This document shows positions 36,813-47,701 of a DNA stretch of 64,000 bases, one piece after another. Where the stretch lies: IMG/VR virus record IMGVR_UViG_3300014913_000006, one strand, 5' to 3'. This DNA is from a virus. Within the stretch, counting starts at the first letter, position 1; every line of letters begins with the position of its first letter. The translations under genes were made by a program, and so were the position numbers. Under the pieces are notes generated by a model. That model made no database searches. It saw only the letters and a list, made by a program, of their open reading frames with translations, and had not been told where the DNA came from.

Positions 36813-37454
36813 TTACAAGTATTCCAACTGGACATAGAGTCCGAAGTTCTCCTTCGACCCGATACTCAACGGTGTTGACGAGATACAAACGTACCAGTCA
36901 TGCCGCGTATCCTGCGAATCCGTACCAGACGGACTCAGGCCACCACTAGCTGCACTGCTCAGCAATGGAACCGTGACGCCAGACCCAGACGGTGCTACCC
37001 ACCCAGGATGACTCCCCGGTGCCAACGGAGTACCGCTAGAGCTAACGCCAGAACCACCGTTGCACACCTGAAGCACCTGAGTCGTAACGCCCTCAGCGCC
37101 AGCCGTGATGGTTGTGCGGTCGAAGATGCGAAGCTCACAATTCTGAGTCTTCACCGCCGTATCAAACGTGAAACGGATGTTGAGCGTCCCAGAGTTGATC
37201 GCTACCGCTGACGGTACAATCGCCGCTGCGCCATCCACGATCACGCCAGATGTAACAGTGTCGTACTTGCAGTTCGTAGCTTCCGGCCCTGCTGGAGCAC
37301 TACCGTCACTCGCACTGATGTAGGTGCTATCCTGATACTCCCCGACTTGAACCGAAGTTCCAAACGATGCACCGAAAAAACCCAAACCAGACGAATTCAG
37401 GTCTACCCAAGTTCCGCCGCCTTGCCCTGCATAGAAGTTAATCGCTGCTGCCAT
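36813..37454 (-). CDS. Putative virion structural protein (paralog of 41109-41744)
   Basis: Gly/Ser/Thr-rich beta protein; shares SSGLGFFG, N.RFT, HDWY, FG....LEYL with 41109-41744. Confidence 0.65.
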   Translation of the reverse strand: MAAAINFYAGQGGGTWVDLNSSGLGFFGASFGTSVQVGEYQDSTYISASDGSAPAGPEATNCKYDTVTSGVIVDGAAAIVPSAVAINSGTLNIRFTFDTAVKTQNCELRIFDRTTITAGAEGVTTQVLQVCNGGSGVSSSGTPLAPGSHPGWVAPSGSGVTVPLLSSAASGGLSPSGTDSQDTRHDWYVCISSTPLSIGSKENFGLYVQLEYL

Positions 37455-37506
37455 GTCTTTCACCCCCTCTCATTAGTTTTTCCAGAATCCTACACTTCAT
37501 CCACTC

Positions 37507-37517
37507 TATTATACACC
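37507..37517 (-). promoter_or_regulatory. Putative late promoter GGTGTATAATA
   Basis: Intergenic; same motif at 41764, 48455 and 63061, each upstream of a - strand gene. Confidence 0.6.
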
Positions 37518-37556
37518 AACAACCCAAAAAGTGACTATTGAATCGCACTTTATTTC

Positions 37557-40500
37557 TTACACGTAGCCTGAACCCATCCACTTCTCGGGTTTCGGTCCGT
37601 CATTGGCGTCGTAGTATCGCCCGCCAGACGGATCATTGAAGAACGTGGATGCTCCGCTTTGCCATATCGCCTCAGCCTTGGTTAGATAGTCCTTGGCTAT
37701 ACCAAGAGGTAGCAAACCACTCTGCCACAGCATGATGTAATTGGCCAATTCGTCGTATCCGATCCGATGATCTTGATTGACATCCGCCGGATGATAAGCG
37801 GTCGATGAGCAAGCAGACGACATGTCCATGATGAAAAACGGCTCATCGAAGGCTGCGAAGTTTGACGTACCACCCAATGTTCCACCTGGGGACTTTGGTC
37901 CGGTCGTATTGCGAATCGAGGTGAACATAAACCTCACCTGTCGAGTCCCCGATGGAATCAGCACAGTTGTCTCGTTGACGTGCCACCCTGCTGTTCCGTC
38001 TGGCCCGAACGTATATCCAGAGATGAATGTGCTCGCACCAGGATTACCACTGTAGAAGTCAAATCGACCTTCGCCAGTATCATTGACCGCCTGATTGACA
38101 GTGGTCTGATAGAGGCCAATGTTTGCTTCATACAATCCGTGATCAATAGCGGCTTTTGGGACACCAAGCTTATCTGTGAGGTGAATGACCTGGGATACTG
38201 AGCCCGATGGCAAATCTGGTGCTCTGAAGTAATAGTCGTGCCCACTCCGAGAGACTGGGAAAGTATAGTCGATAGTCTCTTCTGGATGTGTTGCAGCATG
38301 GTTGACAACAGACGAAGGGCTGAATGGAGCAAAATAACTGTCTGGATCAATCAAAAAGTTGAATGTATTTTGTTCTTTATTGATGGTCCATGTAGTGCCA
38401 AGAGAACCACTGATACTTGGTTTAGTGTTAGGATGGGTCCAGTTGCGCAACATTTCATCTGGATCAAGCAGGGTAGCAACATTGTGCATGTGTAGTGGGA
38501 CAACATACAACGTTTGGTAATCATAGAGGATGTACGGATATCTGTTCAATGGAGAAAGACCTCCATCAGTTGGGTACTTTTTGGTGTTGTACTGAAGAAC
38601 AGGATAAGTCAAAAAGGTATAGTGATTGCCGTCACAGTCGGTAATAACCTCTCCACGCATAGGATGGCGTATTGGATTTGACGGAAGATAACCACTGATC
38701 GTATACACCCAAACTTCAGGAAAGTGTTCATCAAATCTACGGTAATTGACCCCTTGCACAATTTCCCCGTTAAGGTACCTTATGTAATAATCCCATTCGA
38801 TAGTACCGCTATATTGCGGTGAATAGATGACCGCCTGCCCATCCGCGCTTTGTCTATCTGATCTCTCAATGGCAAAAGGTGGACTAACATCCCATCGATT
38901 GTAGTAGGTATGACTGTCTCCAGGTTCGTACCATTGCCACCCAGGTTGATACATCGCCTTTTGTTGCATATGGAATGGAACTTCATCAGCAGTCTCCCAC
39001 TCCAATAGATTATTGCCCAAGATACCAACTTCGGGATTGATGGAACTTCCGTGTTCAACAACAAGCAGTACCGTATAAGTGAGAACATGATTGCCACCCG
39101 ACTGACTTTCATGAGATACACCGATCTGGATGTCGTCGAGATCATCCCACGTCCAAGGGTCGCCGGTAACCGGATTATATGGCCAATCAGACATAGAAGA
39201 ACCATTCATGATAGCGGCAATGCCGTTATGCCAAGCTCTGTAAGTGCGATCACCGCAACACTGACCATCCGAGATGTAATCTACATGCCCGCTTACTCCA
39301 GAAGGAACACGAATCAGGTGATGTTGTGTATCGCATGGGGATGTACTCCCAATCGAATGATCTTGTATACATGTCCAGATGCGATAGATAGGAGGCAGGA
39401 TGGTCTCACCCATATCGGTATTGATGTTCGGGACATAATCTTTTACTCCACCGAGACCGTAACCACCAGCCAATGGCTGTTCGCCAGACACAGAAAGAGG
39501 GCGCTTGAGGTAGAACAGAGACCTGCTACCAGAAACATCAGATCGCAATTGAGGGCAATCACTACTGGTTGACCACGGATTACTCTCATTGGGCTGCACA
39601 TGTTGGTAGGCATAATCCCTAGCGAGACCTGCTTGTGTGGCCAGATGATAATCAGTGTGCCAAGCCTCATTCCCGTGATGAACCACGTAGTCCTGTTGTT
39701 CACCATCCCAGTCAACATGAATAGTTGTAAGCTTTGTCCCATGTGGGATCATACCATCTGTCGGAGAACCATAGCGATTGGGAGCAGGTACACCATATGG
39801 CTCGCCGCTGGGAACTAGTGCGCCGCGAGGATTATCCGGCATCCAAGTATTATGTTTGCGTCCGTACACACCACCATAATAATCATCTCTCCAGTATTCA
39901 GGGTCCATTTCCATTGCTGTGAATTGCAAATTGTATCCAGGATTCCATTCCAAACTTGCATGAGATGAGAAGAGTGGATCGAAGATTTTGGATGGAACAG
40001 CACCAGATGGATCACGGCTGTCGTTCCAGATGATATTGTCGTAGAAGAAGCGACCACTATGGATGTTATCCTCTGTACTAGCATCAATACCGTACCCGAG
40101 ATACATCTTTTGCTGAGAGTATCCACCACCCCAGCCCTCACCAGTTTGTTCGTTAGACACATTGGTTGTGTGTTGAATATCGAGCTTACCATTGACCCAC
40201 ACATAGATCATGCCCAAATCTTCACCATAGAAATACTGGCCACTAGCAAAATTTTCGGGAGGCCATGCTGTTTGGTCTTGTCCAGGGAGCATAGCATTAG
40301 GAAACAATGGATGGCCATCGGCTGGCCATGGGTCCATCTGAAGAGGATATTCCTCTGTGCCTCCGAAGGCTTCTGATCCAGGTATGTATGGAGGTACTCC
40401 AGGAGATTCTTCATACGACTCGAAGAATGTCTTGAATGGTTCAACTGCATGATATCCCAAACCAACTGGTTTCGCACCAACTTCACTCACATCCCAACCA

Positions 40501-41096
40501 ATTTTTGGATTGATGAAAACCTGAATTTCGTGCCACTTATCTGGCTCCATGTAGATGAAACCCTGTCGTCCATCCGCTCTTGGAAGCCAAGCTGTTGGGA
40601 GATAACTAGGCGGATCGGTATCAGGTTGTGTAATGTGTTTACTGCCTTGCACATCCAAATAACCATTCCGTAGTGTTAGGGTTAAGTCTCTGGAAACATC
40701 ACCCGTCTTACTTCTCTGAAGAATAAGGACGCCACCACCAGTAGTATTGGTATACATGAAATCGAATTTGAGATAGAATGGTCGAACATCGTCAGGGTGT
40801 CCAGTGAATGGAAGATCACCCCATCCGCCAGTCCATAAGTGACAAGCATACTGATGCCAACCCTCTTCATGCTGCCAGACCTCTAGACAGTAATCTCCGT
40901 GTCCACCCTTGACACCATAACGATCATAAATTTCTTGATGAGACACAATCTGAGTATTCCGGCTACCGGCAAGTCCAACACCACCAGTACCATTTGCCCA
41001 GCCGGTAAACTCGGAAGGGAGATTTTGTCTGGCATAGTCAGAGAACATCTCCGTATGTTCTAGACCATGACCAAAATGTAGAGTGTACATCCTCAT
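37557..41096 (-). CDS. Large putative virion protein with LamG/lectin-like and CBM-like domains and a C-terminal dockerin/EF-hand-like motif
   Basis: KWHEIQV...VWVNGKL...FYDNI (ConA-like); IPSGTRQVRF...AFD (CBM-like); HPADVNQDHRIGYDEL. Confidence 0.6.
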   Translation of the reverse strand: MRMYTLHFGHGLEHTEMFSDYARQNLPSEFTGWANGTGGVGLAGSRNTQIVSHQEIYDRYGVKGGHGDYCLEVWQHEEGWHQYACHLWTGGWGDLPFTGHPDDVRPFYLKFDFMYTNTTGGGVLILQRSKTGDVSRDLTLTLRNGYLDVQGSKHITQPDTDPPSYLPTAWLPRADGRQGFIYMEPDKWHEIQVFINPKIGWDVSEVGAKPVGLGYHAVEPFKTFFESYEESPGVPPYIPGSEAFGGTEEYPLQMDPWPADGHPLFPNAMLPGQDQTAWPPENFASGQYFYGEDLGMIYVWVNGKLDIQHTTNVSNEQTGEGWGGGYSQQKMYLGYGIDASTEDNIHSGRFFYDNIIWNDSRDPSGAVPSKIFDPLFSSHASLEWNPGYNLQFTAMEMDPEYWRDDYYGGVYGRKHNTWMPDNPRGALVPSGEPYGVPAPNRYGSPTDGMIPHGTKLTTIHVDWDGEQQDYVVHHGNEAWHTDYHLATQAGLARDYAYQHVQPNESNPWSTSSDCPQLRSDVSGSRSLFYLKRPLSVSGEQPLAGGYGLGGVKDYVPNINTDMGETILPPIYRIWTCIQDHSIGSTSPCDTQHHLIRVPSGVSGHVDYISDGQCCGDRTYRAWHNGIAAIMNGSSMSDWPYNPVTGDPWTWDDLDDIQIGVSHESQSGGNHVLTYTVLLVVEHGSSINPEVGILGNNLLEWETADEVPFHMQQKAMYQPGWQWYEPGDSHTYYNRWDVSPPFAIERSDRQSADGQAVIYSPQYSGTIEWDYYIRYLNGEIVQGVNYRRFDEHFPEVWVYTISGYLPSNPIRHPMRGEVITDCDGNHYTFLTYPVLQYNTKKYPTDGGLSPLNRYPYILYDYQTLYVVPLHMHNVATLLDPDEMLRNWTHPNTKPSISGSLGTTWTINKEQNTFNFLIDPDSYFAPFSPSSVVNHAATHPEETIDYTFPVSRSGHDYYFRAPDLPSGSVSQVIHLTDKLGVPKAAIDHGLYEANIGLYQTTVNQAVNDTGEGRFDFYSGNPGASTFISGYTFGPDGTAGWHVNETTVLIPSGTRQVRFMFTSIRNTTGPKSPGGTLGGTSNFAAFDEPFFIMDMSSACSSTAYHPADVNQDHRIGYDELANYIMLWQSGLLPLGIAKDYLTKAEAIWQSGASTFFNDPSGGRYYDANDGPKPEKWMGSGYV

Positions 41097-41108
41097 AACA
41101 ATCGACTC

Positions 41109-41744
41109 CTACAGGTACTCAAGTTCGAAGGTCATACCAAATTGCTTGTCACCCAACTGAGTTGGAGTGCATGTCAACGCAGCGTACCAATCATGTTGAG
41201 TGCTGAGTTCCTCGAAACCACCTTCTCTTGCCCCATTCAGACCTGGGGAATTGACCAGAGAAATGTAGTTAGAGCCCGATGCGCTAACGTCAGCCCACGA
41301 CGCATCGCTATAGACACTGGTGACAGCTTGCCTGTTGCTTTTGTGACGTATCTCAGCCGCATAAAACGTGAGATTTTCAGCGGGTATCTCTTTGTTCGCC
41401 ACACCACCGACGAAGCTTCCGTCGAACACCCAGAGCTTAGCCTGCTGGCAATACACAGCAGAACCATGAGTAAACCGCACATTGACAGTAGCAAGCTCAT
41501 TCGGTAATTGCCTCAAAGCGATACCTGAGCTTTCCTGTCCGTGGATCACGCCGGAAGCTCCGTTGTGCTTATTGTTGTTACACTCGAAACTCTCAACAGT
41601 GCCACTTGCATTTGTAACAAACGTGTGTCCGTTGTAGCCACCAATGGGTACGGCATCGTTGAAGCCGTCATCCCCGAAAAACCCTAAACCTGAACTAGCG
41701 GAGACCAAGGTGTCTTCGCCAGCGTACAACTCTAATGTTGCCAT
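41109..41744 (-). CDS. Putative virion structural protein (paralog of 36813-37454)
   Basis: Collinear motif sharing with 36813-37454. Confidence 0.65.
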   Translation of the reverse strand: MATLELYAGEDTLVSASSGLGFFGDDGFNDAVPIGGYNGHTFVTNASGTVESFECNNNKHNGASGVIHGQESSGIALRQLPNELATVNVRFTHGSAVYCQQAKLWVFDGSFVGGVANKEIPAENLTFYAAEIRHKSNRQAVTSVYSDASWADVSASGSNYISLVNSPGLNGAREGGFEELSTQHDWYAALTCTPTQLGDKQFGMTFELEYL

Positions 41745-41763
41745 AATCTTTTCCTTCCTTCCT

Positions 41764-41774
41764 TTTTATACACC
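41764..41774 (-). promoter_or_regulatory. Putative late promoter variant GGTGTATAAAA
   Basis: In the short gap before ATG 41744. Confidence 0.45.
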
Positions 41775-43546
41775 TAAATCGCCATTTGGTACGACAAAGG
41801 TTCCATCCGAGTTCCCGTAGCGGTGAAACTAACCTCGATATTCGGCGAAACCAGATCGCCTGGAACACTGTCTGGATTGCCCAAAGGTCCACTTGAGTTT
41901 ATGTAATACGATATAGACGGAGCCCACGAGTAAGGCCCCGGACCAAGTACATTGAAAAGTGGTCCTGGTTCCATCCCAATTTTGTGACGATTTTGAATAT
42001 ACGCTCTCATGCGAATAGCAGTACAACCAACACCCAAAGTAAACGTGTGTTCAAACGGCACCACCAAATCACTTTGGTCACAGGTGATAAAACCTACACC
42101 AGGAACTATCCCACCATTAATGGCGTTGTCCTCAAATGTCTCATCTGTATAATCATTTTCCACGACTTGCCCCCCGCCCAACCAAACTCCATCCCACCCA
42201 AACTTGTTTTTCATAGACATGGCGACCCTGACCGTTTTCTTCAGAGACTGACTACATCCATACTGCAAGTCACGAACTTCAACTGGGTCGTGTGGCGGAC
42301 ACAGAAGAGGTGCATAATACCATGTTACACTTTCTCCATAATAATAAGCTGTGGGGTCAGAGATTGGGCTTTTAACAGTCGCTTCTCCCGTAATGGTAAC
42401 CTCACCCGGCTCTGGATTGTCTGGATCAACCGGTATGTCCGACACATTGATCACAAAATCCAAAATCATATATGAAGCATATGTGAAATCGCGACCAGTT
42501 TCAGGCCCAACATAGGTATAATACCCACCACCCGGTGGGTATACCCCCACATAGCCCGTTCTGTCCGTCCAGTATTGGGCACCAATCATTTGTACTGGCA
42601 TCACATTGATGACGGCATTCAATTCTGTTAACGACCGATACTCATTCATCCCGTCTGCCCCGTTGTGATACTCATTCGATCCAGTGAGGGTCTTCAACGC
42701 CCTCTCCGGTGACAAGGATTTACACTCAACCCACATCTTTCCTTCGTTTGAACTGTCTACGGGGGAAGCAGGATCAAGGTTTTGGAACCAAAAGGATTCC
42801 CCACTATACCCATTGAAAGCTGCCGAATCCGTATCTGGAAGATCAAAGGGCAATTCTGCTTTCGACTCCATAGCCGCCGCCGCATCGGACAACACTTCGG
42901 TGACGGCCCTGAGATACTGGGGCATACCGAAGTAAGAAAGAACAGTCTTGTCACCAAATAAGTCGTTCAATTTTTCTTCATCAATTTCCGTAAACGCTGG
43001 ATAATGCACTGGAACAGAAACAAACAAGGACGCGGGTCTGGGATCAGGCTCCACATATCCATTCTGCAATATCTCAAAGCTGTTCGTCCAAGCCGCAGGA
43101 ACCTCAGAAATGGATGGATAAATGTCATCTAACCCAAGTGTTGTTGCCCCTTCTTCTGTCGTGCTGATGATTGGAATCTGAATATTAACCAGAGGACTTA
43201 TTTCTCCATCTATGTCCGAACCGGCATGAATCATCTGCCACATAGCCAATCCATATGACATTCGACCGAAAGTATCCAAGAGTCCAAGAACATGACCAGG
43301 ATTCGTGTAATCGATACCCGGAACACCAACGCCCAAACCGGTGTATGCTATATTTGGACCATAACAAGCGGGTGCTGGATTTACATACTGATATGGATTG
43401 AATCCGGGATACGTCAAGGTTGTCGGATTCGGATACAAAGGCCCTTGATAACCACCACACATTATACCCAAGTCGGGCTGAAAAGGAGTGTACCCATGCG
43501 CCGCAAGGCTCATTAGTTTGTTGTCACGAATATCGCCGATAGGCAT
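41774..43546 (-). CDS. hypothetical virion protein
   Basis: 590-aa acidic Pro/Gly/Tyr-rich ORF in the tail module. Confidence 0.6.
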   Translation of the reverse strand: MPIGDIRDNKLMSLAAHGYTPFQPDLGIMCGGYQGPLYPNPTTLTYPGFNPYQYVNPAPACYGPNIAYTGLGVGVPGIDYTNPGHVLGLLDTFGRMSYGLAMWQMIHAGSDIDGEISPLVNIQIPIISTTEEGATTLGLDDIYPSISEVPAAWTNSFEILQNGYVEPDPRPASLFVSVPVHYPAFTEIDEEKLNDLFGDKTVLSYFGMPQYLRAVTEVLSDAAAAMESKAELPFDLPDTDSAAFNGYSGESFWFQNLDPASPVDSSNEGKMWVECKSLSPERALKTLTGSNEYHNGADGMNEYRSLTELNAVINVMPVQMIGAQYWTDRTGYVGVYPPGGGYYTYVGPETGRDFTYASYMILDFVINVSDIPVDPDNPEPGEVTITGEATVKSPISDPTAYYYGESVTWYYAPLLCPPHDPVEVRDLQYGCSQSLKKTVRVAMSMKNKFGWDGVWLGGGQVVENDYTDETFEDNAINGGIVPGVGFITCDQSDLVVPFEHTFTLGVGCTAIRMRAYIQNRHKIGMEPGPLFNVLGPGPYSWAPSISYYINSSGPLGNPDSVPGDLVSPNIEVSFTATGTRMEPLSYQMAI

Positions 43547-43551
43547 TAGCC

Positions 43552-45945
43552 TTACCCTTCCTCAACCGGTGGTGTAAACACCTGCGGTGTCTGTTCCATG
43601 TAAGCAACATATGGTCCATGTTCACTCTTCGAAAAAATACTAACCGTAACCCGTGTTCCAACTGGAATTAAGCCTGGACTAGTGTCTGTTTCGGCCAAGT
43701 TCCGCACACCGGTCCACTCGGACAAAAAGTATGAGTTCGTGATATTCAAACCACCAGCAAACGTTTGTGGATCGATGTCCGCATAGTTGAGTCGCCTGAC
43801 AGCATAGAAGGGGCCACCTTCTTTGAAAGACACGACACCCAGACCACCCTCTGGTTTTTGATATGTGTACTCCATATTTTCCTGGGATGGGCCAGTGAGG
43901 GCTTCTTCTTCAGTCTCCGGTGCCGACTCTGGCTCTGGTGGAGATTCGAAATCATCCTTGTTCTCTGGGAAATCATCCTCTGGTTCTTTCTCGTCGTAGA
44001 TATCATCCTTTTCTCTCTCTTCTTGTTTCTTGCGTTTGAACTCACCGAGTTCCCGTGTGTAGAGATTCATCACATATCTGGTCATGACACCGTTAGTGTC
44101 AAATCGAATGAATATCTCTGTGACACTACCACCAAGACCAATAGATTGACCTATGTTGACCTGTGGCACATCTGCAACCTCTAATTGACCAGTATTGATG
44201 ACAGACAATCCTGGTAATGTGTCGATTTTCTGAGCAGCCAATTCTGTCAACCCGGCCATGGCGGTGGGGTTCAACATGCCACGAACACCAAAGGTCCACG
44301 GCACCAAATCCTTGTCGACAGACACCTCTGAAGACCCGGGAGATAGAACACGACTACGTACCATAGATGTATTGGACCACGGTCCGTAGTGGATACCACG
44401 ATCCATGATTGGGGTCCATGCTTTCGACAGCGTCCCATGACGAGTGGTACGGCTTGAATCCACCTCTCCCGTGTCTGGGTCCATATAGTATCGAGTCAAA
44501 GCTACTGGCAAAACCATGATGACATAACGACCATATTGCTCCAACGTACACTTCATGTACGATTCACTCTCGCGTGGTATAAGGTTATTCGAATTCTGAA
44601 CAACGGGTGCCCATTCAACATAGTGTGGCACCATAGGCGACTCAACAGTCCCAGAACCAGTCAAGAAAAGCTCTGACAAATGGACAAACGGCCCCCAACG
44701 ACCGTCTTCGGTAGTCAGCTTCAGTAGAACATCTGGATCGAACTGTCGTGCACCCTGTGGCGGTGTGCTGCCTTCCCACCATCCGGCAGGAATGATTTCT
44801 GGATAGTTTGGCAAATCCTGCCCTGTATCCGACATTGTGTTCTTGTTCAGTGCAAAATAGAATCTCTTACCCCAGAAGTCATCTATATATCGCTTGAGTG
44901 CGGCGAGTTGATCAGCATCCATAGACCCATCACGACTACCGTTAAGAACAGCTTCCATCTCTTCGATAGTTGTATCAAGTCTGCGATATTGTGGTTCATC
45001 AGGCATTGTATACGACGGAGTAGCCAGTGGTTGCCCAGCCTCATTGAACCCCCAAAATTGACTTATCTCAACGCCATGGACCTGATCCAGTTTTCGTTTC
45101 ACGCCACCCCAGATCACCTTGTGGGTAGTGGTATCAGAATTCTCGTATCCGTCTTTACGGCGAATGACACGATCGCCATGTAGCGCAGCAAGTTCATCCA
45201 TTTCCAATGCTGTGGGATTACCGATGCCATCCAGGCGTCGAACAGTTTTGATCGTGATAACAACAGTATCATCAACAACACTCTTTCGCTGGGACTCTAC
45301 CCACCACTCAGCGCCAACAGCATTGCAGAATTCTGTAATCGTTGACACCAAAGACCTAACTTCTCCCTCGATATAATATTGGCCAACACCTTCACCACGC
45401 CAGTTTTCAAGAGTTGCCAACTCACTCATATCGACTTCGAAAACATCATTCCCATAGCTTAGAGTAGCGGCCTCTACACGTTCCATGATGGTACTAAACA
45501 AAACACCTTTGTTTTCTTCCCTACTAGACCCCTCAGAAGCTTCGGTATCACCTCTCGAACCAATGTATACAACATTGCTGTCAACCAAAGCAACCTCGGA
45601 ATCGGGTTCGTCAATGTACACATTGGCGATATTGGCAGAATCGAGAACAGTACGACAATCGGTCAGCCTTACGACATAGATGCCGGTACCATTGGGGTCG
45701 GTAGTTGTTCTCTCCCAAGATTGTACGATACCAAGGATGCTTAGTTCACCAAATCCAACATACTGAGCAGAACGGACATCGTATTGATCCAGGGTAAAAT
45801 TCTGATCATCTTCCTCGACAACAGTAACCGTAAACACGATGGGCTGGCTATTGAAACCCATCTGCGCAGTGATACTCTTGAATGAACAACCGAAGACCTT
45901 GGTTGTTCTCGCACCCCACGTATCGTCATAAATTACTACAGCCAT
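43552..45945 (-). CDS. Putative tail tip / baseplate hub-like protein
   Basis: 797 aa; G.VQSWE...Y.V.L.D.R..L, I.E.C...G..W.V pattern; position downstream of the tape measure gene. Confidence 0.5.
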   Translation of the reverse strand: MAVVIYDDTWGARTTKVFGCSFKSITAQMGFNSQPIVFTVTVVEEDDQNFTLDQYDVRSAQYVGFGELSILGIVQSWERTTTDPNGTGIYVVRLTDCRTVLDSANIANVYIDEPDSEVALVDSNVVYIGSRGDTEASEGSSREENKGVLFSTIMERVEAATLSYGNDVFEVDMSELATLENWRGEGVGQYYIEGEVRSLVSTITEFCNAVGAEWWVESQRKSVVDDTVVITIKTVRRLDGIGNPTALEMDELAALHGDRVIRRKDGYENSDTTTHKVIWGGVKRKLDQVHGVEISQFWGFNEAGQPLATPSYTMPDEPQYRRLDTTIEEMEAVLNGSRDGSMDADQLAALKRYIDDFWGKRFYFALNKNTMSDTGQDLPNYPEIIPAGWWEGSTPPQGARQFDPDVLLKLTTEDGRWGPFVHLSELFLTGSGTVESPMVPHYVEWAPVVQNSNNLIPRESESYMKCTLEQYGRYVIMVLPVALTRYYMDPDTGEVDSSRTTRHGTLSKAWTPIMDRGIHYGPWSNTSMVRSRVLSPGSSEVSVDKDLVPWTFGVRGMLNPTAMAGLTELAAQKIDTLPGLSVINTGQLEVADVPQVNIGQSIGLGGSVTEIFIRFDTNGVMTRYVMNLYTRELGEFKRKKQEEREKDDIYDEKEPEDDFPENKDDFESPPEPESAPETEEEALTGPSQENMEYTYQKPEGGLGVVSFKEGGPFYAVRRLNYADIDPQTFAGGLNITNSYFLSEWTGVRNLAETDTSPGLIPVGTRVTVSIFSKSEHGPYVAYMEQTPQVFTPPVEEG

Positions 45946-47690
45946 TATGCTCCACTCTCCGTAACCGTATGAACCCTAGTGCGAGAATACTTGCCGGTCG
46001 TTGGATTCCAAACCTCATGGTCACTTTCCAGGATGTACGATCCTGGATACCACGGACTGATCATGGGGCCATACGGCACGCCCCCTGCATCATCCATAGT
46101 ATCAGCAACGGTATCAGTATCCGGCTTCGTCGATCCATGACCTTCAGAACGATAGCTAACGCTGACCTGCTGAGCCGTGGCAGTATTGATCCGCTGGATG
46201 ATTGGTCCAGCGATACGTCCTGGGATAAACAATTTTGCCGCCATAATCTGTGGATAGGCAATGTCAACAGTAATATCAACATTGTTCTCATCCTTGTCTG
46301 TCCATGTCCATGAAGTACGGGACGAACCTCTTGTCTCGTTCAACGCACTAGTCTTCGCCACATGGGTACCAACAAAGGTAACACCGGCAGGCTTTTGTGA
46401 GCCAATCAATGTCTGGGCTAATGCGCGTGCGTCTACATCTGACGGAATGTTGCTGCGAGCATTATTAAGCCTCTCTGTCTTGGTATCCCCTTTGCCCTCG
46501 ATGTCAACATTCAGGACCAGAGTATAGACCCCATCAGCAGCATTATACGTCAGAGTCGCTTCATTCCCCTGTACGTAATCTGCATCTTCACTGGCAGACC
46601 AGTTGAAGCCGAATGTGACAACAGCGTCCTTCTCGTTGATAGTGATATTCTTCTGAGTCGGAGATACAGGAATGACGTAGCCTTCAAGCAACGTGCCTAA
46701 CGCTGTTTCTGTCGCCGCCTTCGCCTCAACATTTGTCGGTATCTCAGCCTTCGCATTTGCAATAGCAGATGAACTACCAGTACGCGATTGATCTTGCAAA
46801 CCGTAGATAGTCCCGTTGTACGTCACGTCAACCGTTTCGTCCTCGGACCTGTGAATTACTGTAAAAGACTTCTCAGAATAGGTCGCGGACACCTCTCCAG
46901 GACCGGCCTCTCGGATCACCCACGTCTCGGTAACAGCGTAGCTGCCATCTCGTTCCGAAACATTCATACCCTTCGTGTAGCTGCCGTTGACCCAGTCCGC
47001 AAAGCTGGTCGCATAGGTCACGAACGAGCTATCAGGCACCCCCGCTATCCTTGAGTCGCACCAGCCCTTAGCGTTATCCCAGGCTTGTGTCTCAGTACCG
47101 GTCACCTCGTCGAAAGTGAGCAGCCCCTTGGCACTAACGATGTGATGAATCTCGTACACTTTACCGTCATGCCCAGCCACTTCGCTGAATTGCCATTCCT
47201 CTGACACATCCTGAAGACCTGAAGCATCGAAAATATCCTCATCGATGATGCCGGTCAGATACTCGGCTTCAAGTTCAACGCGATAATCGCAGCGGTCGGC
47301 CCACTGACCTTCTGGGAAAACAATAGATCGGACCTTGGGACGGCACTTGACCGGAGAACCAGCCCCGCCGTACCATTCCAACACCTTACCATCTTCCCTG
47401 AACAGCCATCTCAGGGCCTCTTGCTTGCGTTCTAAACGAACAAACGGCACGTCGCCGCCTGTGTACGTCTCATCCGGTGGATAGTCACCGAGAGTCCAGA
47501 AAGCGTCGGATGGGTCGCCCAGAGGGTAACTGCCACTTGGGGAACCTCGGAACGGCAGAATCGTCCCTGCCAACGAAATCTCGTATCCCACACCGTGCTT
47601 CCCGCCATCACCAGCAGTTCGGTACACCTTCGATACCGACACCAGTGGCGCTGGAATAATTGCTTTGTTATCGTATACAACCGAAGCCAT
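45945..47690 (-). CDS. Putative distal tail protein with internal repeats
   Basis: 581 aa; repeated V...G......(W/I)..AK/AR units; tail module context. Confidence 0.45.
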   Translation of the reverse strand: MASVVYDNKAIIPAPLVSVSKVYRTAGDGGKHGVGYEISLAGTILPFRGSPSGSYPLGDPSDAFWTLGDYPPDETYTGGDVPFVRLERKQEALRWLFREDGKVLEWYGGAGSPVKCRPKVRSIVFPEGQWADRCDYRVELEAEYLTGIIDEDIFDASGLQDVSEEWQFSEVAGHDGKVYEIHHIVSAKGLLTFDEVTGTETQAWDNAKGWCDSRIAGVPDSSFVTYATSFADWVNGSYTKGMNVSERDGSYAVTETWVIREAGPGEVSATYSEKSFTVIHRSEDETVDVTYNGTIYGLQDQSRTGSSSAIANAKAEIPTNVEAKAATETALGTLLEGYVIPVSPTQKNITINEKDAVVTFGFNWSASEDADYVQGNEATLTYNAADGVYTLVLNVDIEGKGDTKTERLNNARSNIPSDVDARALAQTLIGSQKPAGVTFVGTHVAKTSALNETRGSSRTSWTWTDKDENNVDITVDIAYPQIMAAKLFIPGRIAGPIIQRINTATAQQVSVSYRSEGHGSTKPDTDTVADTMDDAGGVPYGPMISPWYPGSYILESDHEVWNPTTGKYSRTRVHTVTESGA

Positions 47691-47701
47691 CTTGTCCTCC
47701 C

